The notes beneath the pieces are model-generated. The model was not told where the DNA came from, ran no database searches, and saw only the letters and a list, made by a program, of their open reading frames with translations. A DNA stretch of 32,505 nt from positions 1 through 32,505 of IMG/VR virus record IMGVR_UViG_3300033076_000870. One strand, written 5' to 3'. The position numbers were made by a program, and so were the translations under genes. The DNA is from a virus (Duplodnaviria > Caudoviricetes). Of this stretch, positions 1 to 8,401 are shown piece by piece; position 1 is the first letter of the stretch; each line of letters opens with the position of its first letter.

Positions 1-339
1 ATTCGTCGCGACAACTTTGAGTTCATCTCTATGGAGAAGGATATTGTTAAGAAACGGTTCGACTTGCTCGACCGCCTTGACATCGCCGACCGCCATGCGA
101 ATTGGAAAGACTACGAGAAGACCTACGACGAGATCATCAAATTCAATGGGCGCTACGCGAAGTACCGAATCCTGCCCAAAGACATGGCGGACTCGGCTGA
201 CATGCGTAACAAGAAACGTGCGCAGTCTTACCGTGGGGTTGAGCTTTCTAGGAAGAACGACCCGATGCTCGGTGAAGCTCTTGTTGCTACGCGCAGGGAG
301 TTAGACGAGCGCAAACGGAAGCGCGAAGCAGCGAAGTAA
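1..339 (+). CDS. 3' end of a gene entering from the left (unknown, possibly the last virion/structural gene)
   Basis: Frame 1 is open from base 1 (IRRDNFEFISMEKDIV...) to TAA at 337-339. It is a charged helical sequence and converges on the - strand replication block. Confidence 0.6.
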   Translation: MRRDNFEFISMEKDIVKKRFDLLDRLDIADRHANWKDYEKTYDEIIKFNGRYAKYRILPKDMADSADMRNKKRAQSYRGVELSRKNDPMLGEALVATRRELDERKRKREAAK

Positions 340-361
340 AAAGCCCCGCACTAGGCGGGGC
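338..361 (-). terminator. Rho-independent terminator ending the leftward replication operon
   Basis: GCCCCGC-actag-GCGGGGC (343-361) with an A5 tract at 338-342 (U-tract on the - strand), between convergent genes. Confidence 0.75.
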
Positions 362-396
362 AACAGAGGAGAGGCAACTAACGCCGTTAGGGTAGC

Positions 397-591
397 TCAA
401 GTTCTCCAAACGCGCAATCCTTTAATGCCCTCTTCTATGGTTACTTTCGTAACAATAGGGACCTTAAGTCGTTTGGTGATTTGTCTGAGCTCTTTCCGTG
501 CGGCTTTGTGGTCAATGCAGGGCACAAAGAAACTGTGCCCTGCTCGGAATTTCCCCCAATCAATTCGATACGTTACCGTCTCGATCTTCAT
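397..591 (-). CDS. small hypothetical phage protein
   Basis: 64 aa ORF overlapping the primase 3' end and ending just before the terminator. Confidence 0.65.
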   Translation of the reverse strand: MKIETVTYRIDWGKFRAGHSFFVPCIDHKAARKELRQITKRLKVPIVTKVTIEEGIKGLRVWRT

Positions 592-3412
592 CGGCTAGCG
601 TGTCCAGTGGCACGAGGTTGTCAAAGTTCTTGGTGTTGAAGTGCAGCGCGCGCACTGCTGGGGAGTCCATCTTCATGCCCTTGGACATGCGCTTGTTGAT
701 GGTGTCGATGAACACCCCCTCATCCTTGAGTTGCTTGAGCGCGTCGCGGTAGTGGATTTGGAACTTCACGCAATAGTCTTTGAACGCCTTGGCCGCAATG
801 AACAGATCGCCTGTGTCGGGCTCAAAGCGCAAGAGCAACTCACCCTTCGGCTCAGCGGTCGGCATCGCCCCCATCTTCGTCCGTGCGTCAACCGCGCCAT
901 TCACAACCAGCATGTTCTGTACGTGAGAGTTCATGAAGTCGCCCAACATAACTGTGGGTGTTGAAGCAGGTGGAGTCACTTCTGCGCGCATGTCGTCCAG
1001 CATCTTGACCATCCACTGATAGATAGCCTTCATGTCGTAGTCGTGCAAGCCGAGGCTCTTGGCAATCAAACCACCAGCAATATTGATGGCGGCGGTGGCT
1101 GACCAGAAGCGCTCCCGTGCGGTGAACTGAACTTCCTTGTCGATGCGCGCTTGGATACTGCGAACCAGATTGATCGCCTCCTCCAAGTTGTTCACCAGCC
1201 ACTCAGCGTAAATGTCACCAGCGTGGCCATAGTTCTCCAGCATTTGATGGTCGAACATCTGCTTGCCTTCTTGGACGCTGATGATGGTTGTCGGCTCGAT
1301 TTTGTACTCCAGCAAACGCATGGACTCACCGTCGGGAGAGTTCTTTGCTGCGCCCAGTTTCTCGTAGAAGCTAGCGTTGGACGAAGCCAAAGTCATGTTG
1401 TTCCACTTGCTGTGGTTAGCGCGCAGTTCGTTGGTGTGCGTTTTGGCGCGGTCCTTGCCTCGGCCTTGAGAAATGCTGTAGGCCAAATCCGAGAACTCCA
1501 TGGGGCTGGTGTTCGTGATCTCGTCGATCGTGTTGGGCAGGTTGTTGTGCACACCGATACGCATCATCTTGGCGTTGAGCGTGTCCTTCCACATGGACGA
1601 CAACTCTTTGGGGTGACCCCACACACTGTTGCACATAAACAACGCTGTCGACTTGCCTGAGCCTGACGACTTGTGAATGACGTTGATGATCGCGCCACTC
1701 AAGCCTGTGAACTTCAACAAAGGGGAGCCAAACGCTGTCAGTGCGGCAAACGCATGAGGCTCTAAGCCGGGACGGGCGTACATATTGAACACCTCTTTCC
1801 ACTTCTCGAAGCTGCCCTTGGGCACCATCTTCTCGGCAAAACTGCGGGTCAGCGCAGATGGTGGGCTGTAGAACACCCCGTCTTTTGTAATCTCTCGGTC
1901 GCCGACAATGAACTTGCTGTCGTTGTCGACCCATCCAAATTGCGTTCTCATAACTTCTGCCTTCCTCACGTACTGTAGATTTTTCATGAACGCCACGATA
2001 AACATCGCCAGCAGGTCATGTTGTTTTTGTGTTGCCATCACACCGTTGTGCGACAGCTGCTTACGCAGTTCATCCTTCGTAGATATGGACGTTGCTGGAA
2101 TTGAAAACTCCTTCACGCCATCATGTGGCAGGTGCAAGCGGAACAGGGCCACTTCACCCATATCAGGGTCTTTCATGCGCTTGACCACGTACAGGTCATG
2201 CTCGTACACCAGCGCGGGTTGGTCCTCGTCGGTCTCCCCCTTGCGCCAAATACCGCCGTCCTTGCCACGGAAGAAAGGAAACGGATACTCAGGAATACGG
2301 TAGCTTGTAGCTTCTCCTTCCTCTGTCGGCTCCTGCTCGACCACGTACTCACCGTCTTCAACCTCAGCTACGGCAATCTCCATACCGAGCACGATCGGAG
2401 ACTTGATCTTGCCTTTGTGCGGACAGCCTGCGCAGCCAGTGGGGTTCAGCTTTTCAAACGTAGCGCAGTGGTGGGGGCCACCGTTGGCGACCAGCTCGGC
2501 TACCTTCTTATCTACCTCGGAAGGGTTGTAGTTGGGGTACTGACTGGACATCATGTGGGCGGCTTTGTCTTTGTCCACGCAGAACGCAGCAATCGACAGC
2601 GCGGAGCGCCACAGGGGTTCTTCAATCGAGTCTTGGTTTTGGTAGCAGTAGTTCAGCTGTGCGCAGCCGTTCTCCGCTTTGACCATGATGTTCTTGAACC
2701 GCTTCACCTTGTTACCCATCAAGGCTTCCATCATGGGGCTGATGGACGGCAGAAAATCAGGTCGGTCGTCAACGGGGTCGGGAGCGCCGAGTAGCTCCTT
2801 CCATTGCTCGTACGTCAGTACTTGTGTGTTCTCGTTCAGAACCGTGACGGCCAACGGCTCATCTTTGTTTTTGAAGTTGAAAGTTCCGGGCACTCGCAAT
2901 ACGCGAGAAGCTTCAAACACAGATGCGTCAACGATCAGCCCATTTTCTACGCACAGCTCACGGAGTCGGTTGGCCAGTGGTTCCCAGTCCCGACGCTCAA
3001 CGGTTTCCTCAATCAGCCAGTAGGCGTGAACGCCATTGCCGGAACTGACCAAGATTGGGCGGGGTAGGCCAACGGCCTTGCAGAAACTCTTCAGTGCGTC
3101 TAACCCGAGCTGCTGGGTCAGATAGCCTTGGATGATGCCCTTGTCGTTAGGCACACCCTTGGTTGGGCCGCAATCAATATCCATCCACAGGGCGCGGAAG
3201 TATTGTGCGTTCTCATGTACTCGCCGATTGAGTGGGCCGAACTTGGCGCACCCGTAGTACACGTCGAATTTGTTGGCGAGGAGGTGCTCAATCTGAGCTT
3301 GTGCCTCTTCTCTTGTGTCGTAAAACTTTTGGTCCGGATACTTCCCATAGCCAAACACACAGTACCGCCCTTGAGTGGGGAGCACGGTGTCGAGCAAATC
3401 GAAGTTGGACAT
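560..3412 (-). CDS. primase-helicase (N-terminal AEP/RepB-like primase, Cys-rich linker, DUF927 plus P-loop helicase)
   Basis: 950 aa. AEP motifs LWMDIDCG, VSSGNGVHAYW and RVLRVPGTFN; DUF927-like QFGWVD; Walker A SGSGKST; Walker B-like TIDE; GQGRGKDR; ENYGHAG. Confidence 0.88.
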   Translation of the reverse strand: MSNFDLLDTVLPTQGRYCVFGYGKYPDQKFYDTREEAQAQIEHLLANKFDVYYGCAKFGPLNRRVHENAQYFRALWMDIDCGPTKGVPNDKGIIQGYLTQQLGLDALKSFCKAVGLPRPILVSSGNGVHAYWLIEETVERRDWEPLANRLRELCVENGLIVDASVFEASRVLRVPGTFNFKNKDEPLAVTVLNENTQVLTYEQWKELLGAPDPVDDRPDFLPSISPMMEALMGNKVKRFKNIMVKAENGCAQLNYCYQNQDSIEEPLWRSALSIAAFCVDKDKAAHMMSSQYPNYNPSEVDKKVAELVANGGPHHCATFEKLNPTGCAGCPHKGKIKSPIVLGMEIAVAEVEDGEYVVEQEPTEEGEATSYRIPEYPFPFFRGKDGGIWRKGETDEDQPALVYEHDLYVVKRMKDPDMGEVALFRLHLPHDGVKEFSIPATSISTKDELRKQLSHNGVMATQKQHDLLAMFIVAFMKNLQYVRKAEVMRTQFGWVDNDSKFIVGDREITKDGVFYSPPSALTRSFAEKMVPKGSFEKWKEVFNMYARPGLEPHAFAALTAFGSPLLKFTGLSGAIINVIHKSSGSGKSTALFMCNSVWGHPKELSSMWKDTLNAKMMRIGVHNNLPNTIDEITNTSPMEFSDLAYSISQGRGKDRAKTHTNELRANHSKWNNMTLASSNASFYEKLGAAKNSPDGESMRLLEYKIEPTTIISVQEGKQMFDHQMLENYGHAGDIYAEWLVNNLEEAINLVRSIQARIDKEVQFTARERFWSATAAINIAGGLIAKSLGLHDYDMKAIYQWMVKMLDDMRAEVTPPASTPTVMLGDFMNSHVQNMLVVNGAVDARTKMGAMPTAEPKGELLLRFEPDTGDLFIAAKAFKDYCVKFQIHYRDALKQLKDEGVFIDTINKRMSKGMKMDSPAVRALHFNTKNFDNLVPLDTLADEDRDGNVSN

Positions 3413-3441
3413 ATTCAGTTTCTTTCAGGGACGGCAAAGCT

Positions 3442-3457
3442 GGGGGCCGAAGCCCCC
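3442..3457 (-). promoter_or_regulatory. C(UUCG)G tetraloop hairpin in the primase leader
   Basis: The - strand reads GGGGGC-TTCG-GCCCCC, about 30 nt upstream of the primase ATG. Confidence 0.5.
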
Positions 3458-3471
3458 GTCAGTGCACGGAT

Positions 3472-3711
3472 TTACTTTTTTGCCTTGAGGCGCGGGAGCA
3501 AACGCTCGATCTTTTCGCAGTGGTGTCGGCTGGGGACCGAAGTACCCCAAAACCAGTTGTAGATCGTCGCTCGACTTACATCAAGGCGACGAGCTATGTC
3601 ACTCACCGGAATGTTGAGTTGGATGCAAGTGCGGCCAAGGACTACGCCCCATGACTTGTCATCGGCCTTTTTATTGGCTTCGACTAGCTGGTAGCTGTAT
3701 CCGTAGCTCAT
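3472..3711 (-). CDS. XRE/Cro-like helix-turn-helix protein
   Basis: 79 aa; PVSDIARRLDVSRATIYNWFWG is a typical HTH signature. Confidence 0.8.
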   Translation of the reverse strand: MSYGYSYQLVEANKKADDKSWGVVLGRTCIQLNIPVSDIARRLDVSRATIYNWFWGTSVPSRHHCEKIERLLPRLKAKK

Positions 3712-3713
3712 GC

Positions 3714-4604
3714 TTACTCCTCGTCAGACCAAGCTTTAACCACGTCGTCCAAACCCTTCTTGGGGGTTGGAGCTGGGGTAGCAGCTTTAGCGCTTTCGCG
3801 TTTGACTGGCTCGGCAACCGCCTCGGCCACAGGAGCAGCTTGTGCGGCAGGAGCAGCCAACGCAGGAGCGCGACCCGATACGTCCGCTTGGTACGGAGTC
3901 ATCGTCACCATCTTCTGAACTTCGGGCTTCTTAGCCACTTCGCTCGTCACTGCGTACTCTTGCTTGTTGATGAAACGCGCAGGGGTGAACAGGATAGATT
4001 GGTTGTCGTTGTTCTCGTTGAAGCTGAGGGTAGTCACCACGTAGTCCAAGCTCTTGCCGTTGTTGGCCAAGTACTTGGTGTAGTTCTCAAACGTGTGGGT
4101 GTTGTCGGCAGTGCCTTCACCGAACAGGGACTTGGATGCCAAGTTCAGTTGATAGACTTCGCCTTCCAAAGAAGTACCAAAGTCTTCCACCAAGTTCACA
4201 GCGATGCGGCGGCTGTAACGGCAAGCCTTAGAAGTACCTTGACCCGAACCTTTGATGTTCTGAGCGCAAGTGTCGCAACGGCTAGCTTGAGGTGCAGTCG
4301 AACCAGCATCGGGTGCCACGCCGTCGTTGGAGAAGCAGTCGGGTGCAGTTGGGTCTGCGTCAGGTGTCCATTGCTTTGCGTAGAAGATACGACCAACTTT
4401 GGGTGATGCGTTCACGATGACCACGTCGAGGTCGCCCTTGACTTTACCCATCTCTTCGCCGCCGACCATCTTGCGGAAGATACCGTTCTTAGGCACGATG
4501 CGCTTAACGCCAGTCTTGCCAGCGAGTTGTTTTGTCAGTTCACTGACGCCAGCGGTTTGCAGGAAGTCAGGCAGGTCTTGGTTCAAAAGTGCGATGTTAC
4601 TCAT
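3714..4604 (-). CDS. putative single-stranded DNA-binding/annealing protein
   Basis: 296 aa. Four Cys (CFSNDG, CDTC, KACR), an Ala/Pro-rich linker and an acidic-aromatic tail (WSDEE), located inside the replication module. Confidence 0.55.
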   Translation of the reverse strand: MSNIALLNQDLPDFLQTAGVSELTKQLAGKTGVKRIVPKNGIFRKMVGGEEMGKVKGDLDVVIVNASPKVGRIFYAKQWTPDADPTAPDCFSNDGVAPDAGSTAPQASRCDTCAQNIKGSGQGTSKACRYSRRIAVNLVEDFGTSLEGEVYQLNLASKSLFGEGTADNTHTFENYTKYLANNGKSLDYVVTTLSFNENNDNQSILFTPARFINKQEYAVTSEVAKKPEVQKMVTMTPYQADVSGRAPALAAPAAQAAPVAEAVAEPVKRESAKAATPAPTPKKGLDDVVKAWSDEE

Positions 4605-4741
4605 TTGGTTTCTCCTTTGATGAATTCATAAATTTCTTTAGCGATCTCGACGGGGCCGTCGTCTGCTGCTTGTGGTACGTTGCTGAGGTATTTAACAGCA
4701 AAGTCTACGGCCATGGCGCGCAGTTGGGTTTCTTCGTTCAT
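4601..4741 (-). CDS. hypothetical protein
   Basis: MNEETQ... start at 4741 with a GGAGA RBS; ATGA overlap with the next gene. Confidence 0.55.
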   Translation of the reverse strand: MNEETQLRAMAVDFAVKYLSNVPQAADDGPVEIAKEIYEFIKGETK

Positions 4742-4754
4742 TTGTTTCTCCAGT

Positions 4755-5171
4755 TCATTTAGCGCGTCGTACGACGATTGTGTATTCGTTCTCAACATTC
4801 AATCCCATCGGCATAACGTCAGGGTTCTCGTGCAGGAAGTCCTTCATGTTGGTTTGATGCAAGCGTTTCTCCAGCAAGCCGAAGGCGTCATGCTCCTTGA
4901 TGAAGCGGTACATAGAGTCCCAGTCGCCAGTCCAGTACTTTGACTTGACCGAACGAATGATCGTTCCATGTGGGGTCTTGATGCTGTCTGCGTTCATTTC
5001 TTTGCAGGTGTCGAGCATTTGCTCGGCCAACATCTGTTGTTGCTGTTCGAGGTCTTTGTCCACGTTTTCAAACTCGCGTTTGTTCTCGGCACGTTTATCT
5101 CGAATCTTCAGATAGATCGACGTCAGTTGATCTAGGTCTGGCCTTGCGGCCACTTCACTTTCTTCACTCAT
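4755..5171 (-). CDS. hypothetical phage replication-module protein (N-terminal coiled coil)
   Basis: 138 aa with a GGAGAG RBS, directly downstream of the promoter at 5201-5228. Confidence 0.7.
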   Translation of the reverse strand: MSEESEVAARPDLDQLTSIYLKIRDKRAENKREFENVDKDLEQQQQMLAEQMLDTCKEMNADSIKTPHGTIIRSVKSKYWTGDWDSMYRFIKEHDAFGLLEKRLHQTNMKDFLHENPDVMPMGLNVENEYTIVVRRAK

Positions 5172-5200
5172 CTAACTCTCCGTTGGTTAAAGGGAAACCG

Positions 5201-5228
5201 ACTATATCACAACTTTAGACATTGTCAA
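5201..5228 (-). promoter_or_regulatory. sigma70-type promoter
   Basis: The - strand reads TTGACA-16 nt-TATAGT with an extended -10 TG; it overlaps the SNF2 stop codon. Confidence 0.65.
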
Positions 5229-6612
5229 CAACATCTGAAGAAATTTCTTGTCGGTACAAATCAATGATTTGTTGGTGGTTGGATACGTTCCCCCGAAGCA
5301 TCGCGTAAACGCGGCGTTCGGTTTGGCTCCCACAGATGTGCACGATCGTCATTGGGTTGACTTGACCGGGACGGTCAATACGTGCGTTCGCTTGGAGGTA
5401 GGTCTCCACGCTGGTACAGGGAGCGTACCAAATAATTGTGTCAGCTGCGGTAAGGGTAAGCCCATGTGATGCAGCTTGTGGCTGGATGATGAGCACCTTT
5501 GTAGTCGGCTGGGTTTGAAAGTCAGTAACGATTTCACTACGTCGGTTGACTGGAACCGCGCCGTTAATCACGTCACACGTTATGCCGTTCTTTGTCAGGT
5601 GGTTCTTCAACAGCTCGATGGTGTGGGTGAAGGGCACAAAGACCAGCACCTTGTTACTGCTCTCGTCAATGACTTCCTGCACCACGTTCATGCGGTTGGA
5701 CACGTCGAACTCAAGCACCTCGCCGTTGTCGGTGTAGACCGAGCCGCAGGAAATTTGCAACAGCTTGCTCATCTTTGTAGCCGCATTGACCGCGCTGATT
5801 TCCTCGCCCGCTGCTTCGATCAACATCTCCTTCTTGAGAATAGCGTAGTACTTGGCTTGCTGCGGAGTCAACGGGGCATCACGGTCGATGAACGTCAACG
5901 GGGGCAGGTCGATACATTGCTTCTTCTCAAAGCGGATTGCGGGTTGCAGGATGGTGTGCACCGTGTGCTTGGCTGTCGGCTTTGGAATCCACTTGAACTT
6001 CGTGATTTGGCTCATCACCATGTCACGGTACTGGCCGTGGAACATCGGCACACCCTTGGGGTTAATCAGCTTGGCCAAGCCGTACGCATCGAGCGGAGAC
6101 TGCGCCGCTGGCGTACCTGTCAACATCCACAAGCCTTTGACGACTTTGTTAATGTCACGCAGGGTTTTCCAGCGGGTTGTCTGTGCGTTCTTATACGCAG
6201 AGGCTTCGTCCACAACGATGAGGTCAAACCCCCCGTTGATGATTTCGTTCTTCACGATCTCGACACCATCGAAGTTGATGATGACGAACTCGGCACCAGC
6301 GTTGATGATTTCCTTGCGCTTGCGTGCGCTGCCGTGGGCTACTGCTACCGTGCGATGTAGAGCGAACTTGAACAAGTCCTGTTGCCATGCCGACTTCATA
6401 ATCGACAGAGGGCAGATCACTAACACTCTCTTCACTAAACCGCGCTGCATCAAATAGTCCACCGCCCAAATCACCGACGCTGTCTTACCTGTACCCTGCT
6501 CGTTGAAGCAGAACGCCTTGCGGTTGGTAGTCAGGAACTGCGCTGTTTCTTTTTGGTGGTTGAATGGCTCGAACCCAAAAGGGCGCGGCCACTCGTACGT
6601 CTCTAAGCTCAT
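5215..6612 (-). CDS. SNF2-family (SF2) helicase
   Basis: 465 aa; EQGTGKT, VVDEAS, LTGTP, ASHGLTLT and QANARIDRPGQ motifs. Confidence 0.92.
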   Translation of the reverse strand: MSLETYEWPRPFGFEPFNHQKETAQFLTTNRKAFCFNEQGTGKTASVIWAVDYLMQRGLVKRVLVICPLSIMKSAWQQDLFKFALHRTVAVAHGSARKRKEIINAGAEFVIINFDGVEIVKNEIINGGFDLIVVDEASAYKNAQTTRWKTLRDINKVVKGLWMLTGTPAAQSPLDAYGLAKLINPKGVPMFHGQYRDMVMSQITKFKWIPKPTAKHTVHTILQPAIRFEKKQCIDLPPLTFIDRDAPLTPQQAKYYAILKKEMLIEAAGEEISAVNAATKMSKLLQISCGSVYTDNGEVLEFDVSNRMNVVQEVIDESSNKVLVFVPFTHTIELLKNHLTKNGITCDVINGAVPVNRRSEIVTDFQTQPTTKVLIIQPQAASHGLTLTAADTIIWYAPCTSVETYLQANARIDRPGQVNPMTIVHICGSQTERRVYAMLRGNVSNHQQIIDLYRQEISSDVVDNV

Positions 6613-6890
6613 TTTTTCTTCTTTGGTTTGTTCACCTTCACCGTGTGGTCAGAGTTGCGGCTGAACGAACGGTTGGCGCTGGGGGATTTCAGTTTCAGGT
6701 TGCTCGGCGCATTGGTACCGCCTTTGCTCAGTGGCACGGTGTGGTCAATGTCTTTGCCCTTGCGGTCAATACCTTTCTTGTCCATCTCATTCCGAGCACG
6801 CTGGCGGTCCATGCGGGTCTCGTGTTCACCACGAGCTTTCTGTTGTTGGTACTCTTTCTTATAGGGGCGGGGTTTGTTCACGTACGGCAT
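6609..6890 (-). CDS. small HNH endonuclease-like protein
   Basis: DIDHTVPLSKGGTNAPSNL...N matches the HNH core. Confidence 0.75.
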   Translation of the reverse strand: MPYVNKPRPYKKEYQQQKARGEHETRMDRQRARNEMDKKGIDRKGKDIDHTVPLSKGGTNAPSNLKLKSPSANRSFSRNSDHTVKVNKPKKKK

Positions 6891-7182
6891 CGGTTACCTT
6901 TTCGATGTGTTGATTGTTGAGTTCATAGCGGGTCAAGCCAAACTCCTCGGGCGTTGCTTCCCAAAGCGGCCTGCGCCCCTCATTTTCGATCAAACGCAAG
7001 TGTTTGCCAACCGTGATGCTGACCTCCATAAGCATGGCCTCTTTCTGCTTGCGAAACTCTTCCTGCATCTCTTTGCGCACAATCTCGTGGGCTACCTGAT
7101 GCACTACTTCACGCACCCTACGCTTCAGCTCGTTCTCAAGAATCAGGGCTGTGTCGGTCTCTTGGTTTGTCATTTCGTTCAT
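6859..7182 (-). CDS. hypothetical protein
   Basis: 107 aa, AGGAG RBS, in the operon. Confidence 0.6.
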   Translation of the reverse strand: MNEMTNQETDTALILENELKRRVREVVHQVAHEIVRKEMQEEFRKQKEAMLMEVSITVGKHLRLIENEGRRPLWEATPEEFGLTRYELNNQHIEKVTDAVREQTPPL

Positions 7183-7192
7183 TGCTTGCTCC

Positions 7193-7390
7193 TTATGGTT
7201 TACTCATTTGTTCTTTGACGACCATCTTTACGTTTTCTCTAAAGTTGTAGCCGGTCAAAAGGGGTACAGCGATATGGGTGTGCAGGGGGCTTCCGTAGTT
7301 CTGCAACTCCTTGTAAACCGTGTCAATAATCAACTGCCTCACATCGTCCTGTAGCTTCAAATACGCCGCCGCTTGTTCTTTCTCATCCAT
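7193..7390 (-). CDS. hypothetical protein
   Basis: 65 aa, AGGAG RBS. Confidence 0.6.
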   Translation of the reverse strand: MDEKEQAAAYLKLQDDVRQLIIDTVYKELQNYGSPLHTHIAVPLLTGYNFRENVKMVVKEQMSKP

Positions 7391-7392
7391 TT

Positions 7393-7545
7393 TTAACTCC
7401 TTCGTTTTTCTCTAAGCACTGCGTTACTGCCTTTACCTTCCCAGTATGTCCACGGCAGTGGTTTTACCTTTCTGTTATGGCTCCGCACGATATAGCCGCA
7501 TTTCTCTAACAACCAAAACTTTGTTCGTCTCTCCCGCATCTTCAT
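7393..7545 (-). CDS. small basic hypothetical protein (50 aa, not in the ORF track)
   Basis: MKMRERRTKFWLLEKCGYIVRSHNRKVKPLPWTYWEGKGSNAVLREKRRS*; AGGAG RBS; fills the gap exactly. Confidence 0.55.
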   Translation of the reverse strand: MKMRERRTKFWLLEKCGYIVRSHNRKVKPLPWTYWEGKGSNAVLREKRRS

Positions 7546-7547
7546 TT

Positions 7548-8219
7548 TTAACTCCTGTTGTACTCACACTGCTTCACTGCGCAGAACTTGCACAGCGGTC
7601 CGCTGACTGGGTTCCACACTCCATTTGCTAGCGCTGCCTCGATACGGGCAACGTCTTGTGTCGGCTTCTCCATGTACTTCAAGATCATCTCGGCATGGTG
7701 CGTAGCTTTGACAAACTCTTTGCTCACGACAAACAGCAGGGCTGACTTGATCTTTTTGATCTTGGGGTACTTCTTGAAGATGGCCGTGGCTACCAAGTCC
7801 AACTGTTTCACATCGGCATAACGGGCAGACTTGCTCGTTTTATAGTCAACCGACCACGCCAGCTCACGCTCCTCGTCCAAGATGACCAAGTCGGCGATAC
7901 CACGCCACCACGCTTCGGGTGCGTCAAACGCGCATGGCTCAAGGTCTTTGGTCAGGCCAAGTTCTTCCTCACACAATTTAATCCCGGGGATAGCAGCTAG
8001 AGCGTCTAGCGTATCTCTAAGGTATTCAAAGGCCGGTGGAATGTCCACGCCGTCACGGATGTATTCCTCAGCCACAGTGTGCGCCGATTTACCGTACAGC
8101 GTTGCCGTGGTGTCGGGCTCTTTAACGTCCTTGGCTACCTTGGTGTGGTAGTACTTCTTCGGGCATTGTTGGAATGTCTTCAGGCTACTGAAAGACCATT
8201 TGATCGGTTGTGTTGTCAT
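7548..8219 (-). CDS. PD-(D/E)XK exonuclease (RecB/AddB/Cas4-like, 4-Cys)
   Basis: WSFSSL...QQCPKKYY, GIADLV, VDYKT, QLDL and a C-terminal LCKFC...C. Confidence 0.85.
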   Translation of the reverse strand: MTTQPIKWSFSSLKTFQQCPKKYYHTKVAKDVKEPDTTATLYGKSAHTVAEEYIRDGVDIPPAFEYLRDTLDALAAIPGIKLCEEELGLTKDLEPCAFDAPEAWWRGIADLVILDEERELAWSVDYKTSKSARYADVKQLDLVATAIFKKYPKIKKIKSALLFVVSKEFVKATHHAEMILKYMEKPTQDVARIEAALANGVWNPVSGPLCKFCAVKQCEYNRS

Positions 8220-8401
8220 GAGGGCTTTCTCTCTCCAGTTTCAAATGCTTCTCGCCCATCGGCTGAGTTGTGGATGATGATTGAATCGTCCTCGTTTGTT
8301 GGGCTGCACCAACAATTCTCCGTCGTGTGCTCTCTCGTGTCATTAACTGGGTACACATGAACCAACGCTTTCCACCCGTGCTCTTCTTTAACAATCTCCA
8401 T
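8216..8401 (-). CDS. hypothetical His/Cys-containing protein
   Basis: HVYPVNDTREH...CWCSP...HNSADGRE; likely start MEIVKE with a GGAGAG RBS. Confidence 0.55.
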   Translation of the reverse strand: MEIVKEEHGWKALVHVYPVNDTREHTTENCWCSPTNEDDSIIIHNSADGREAFETGERKPS

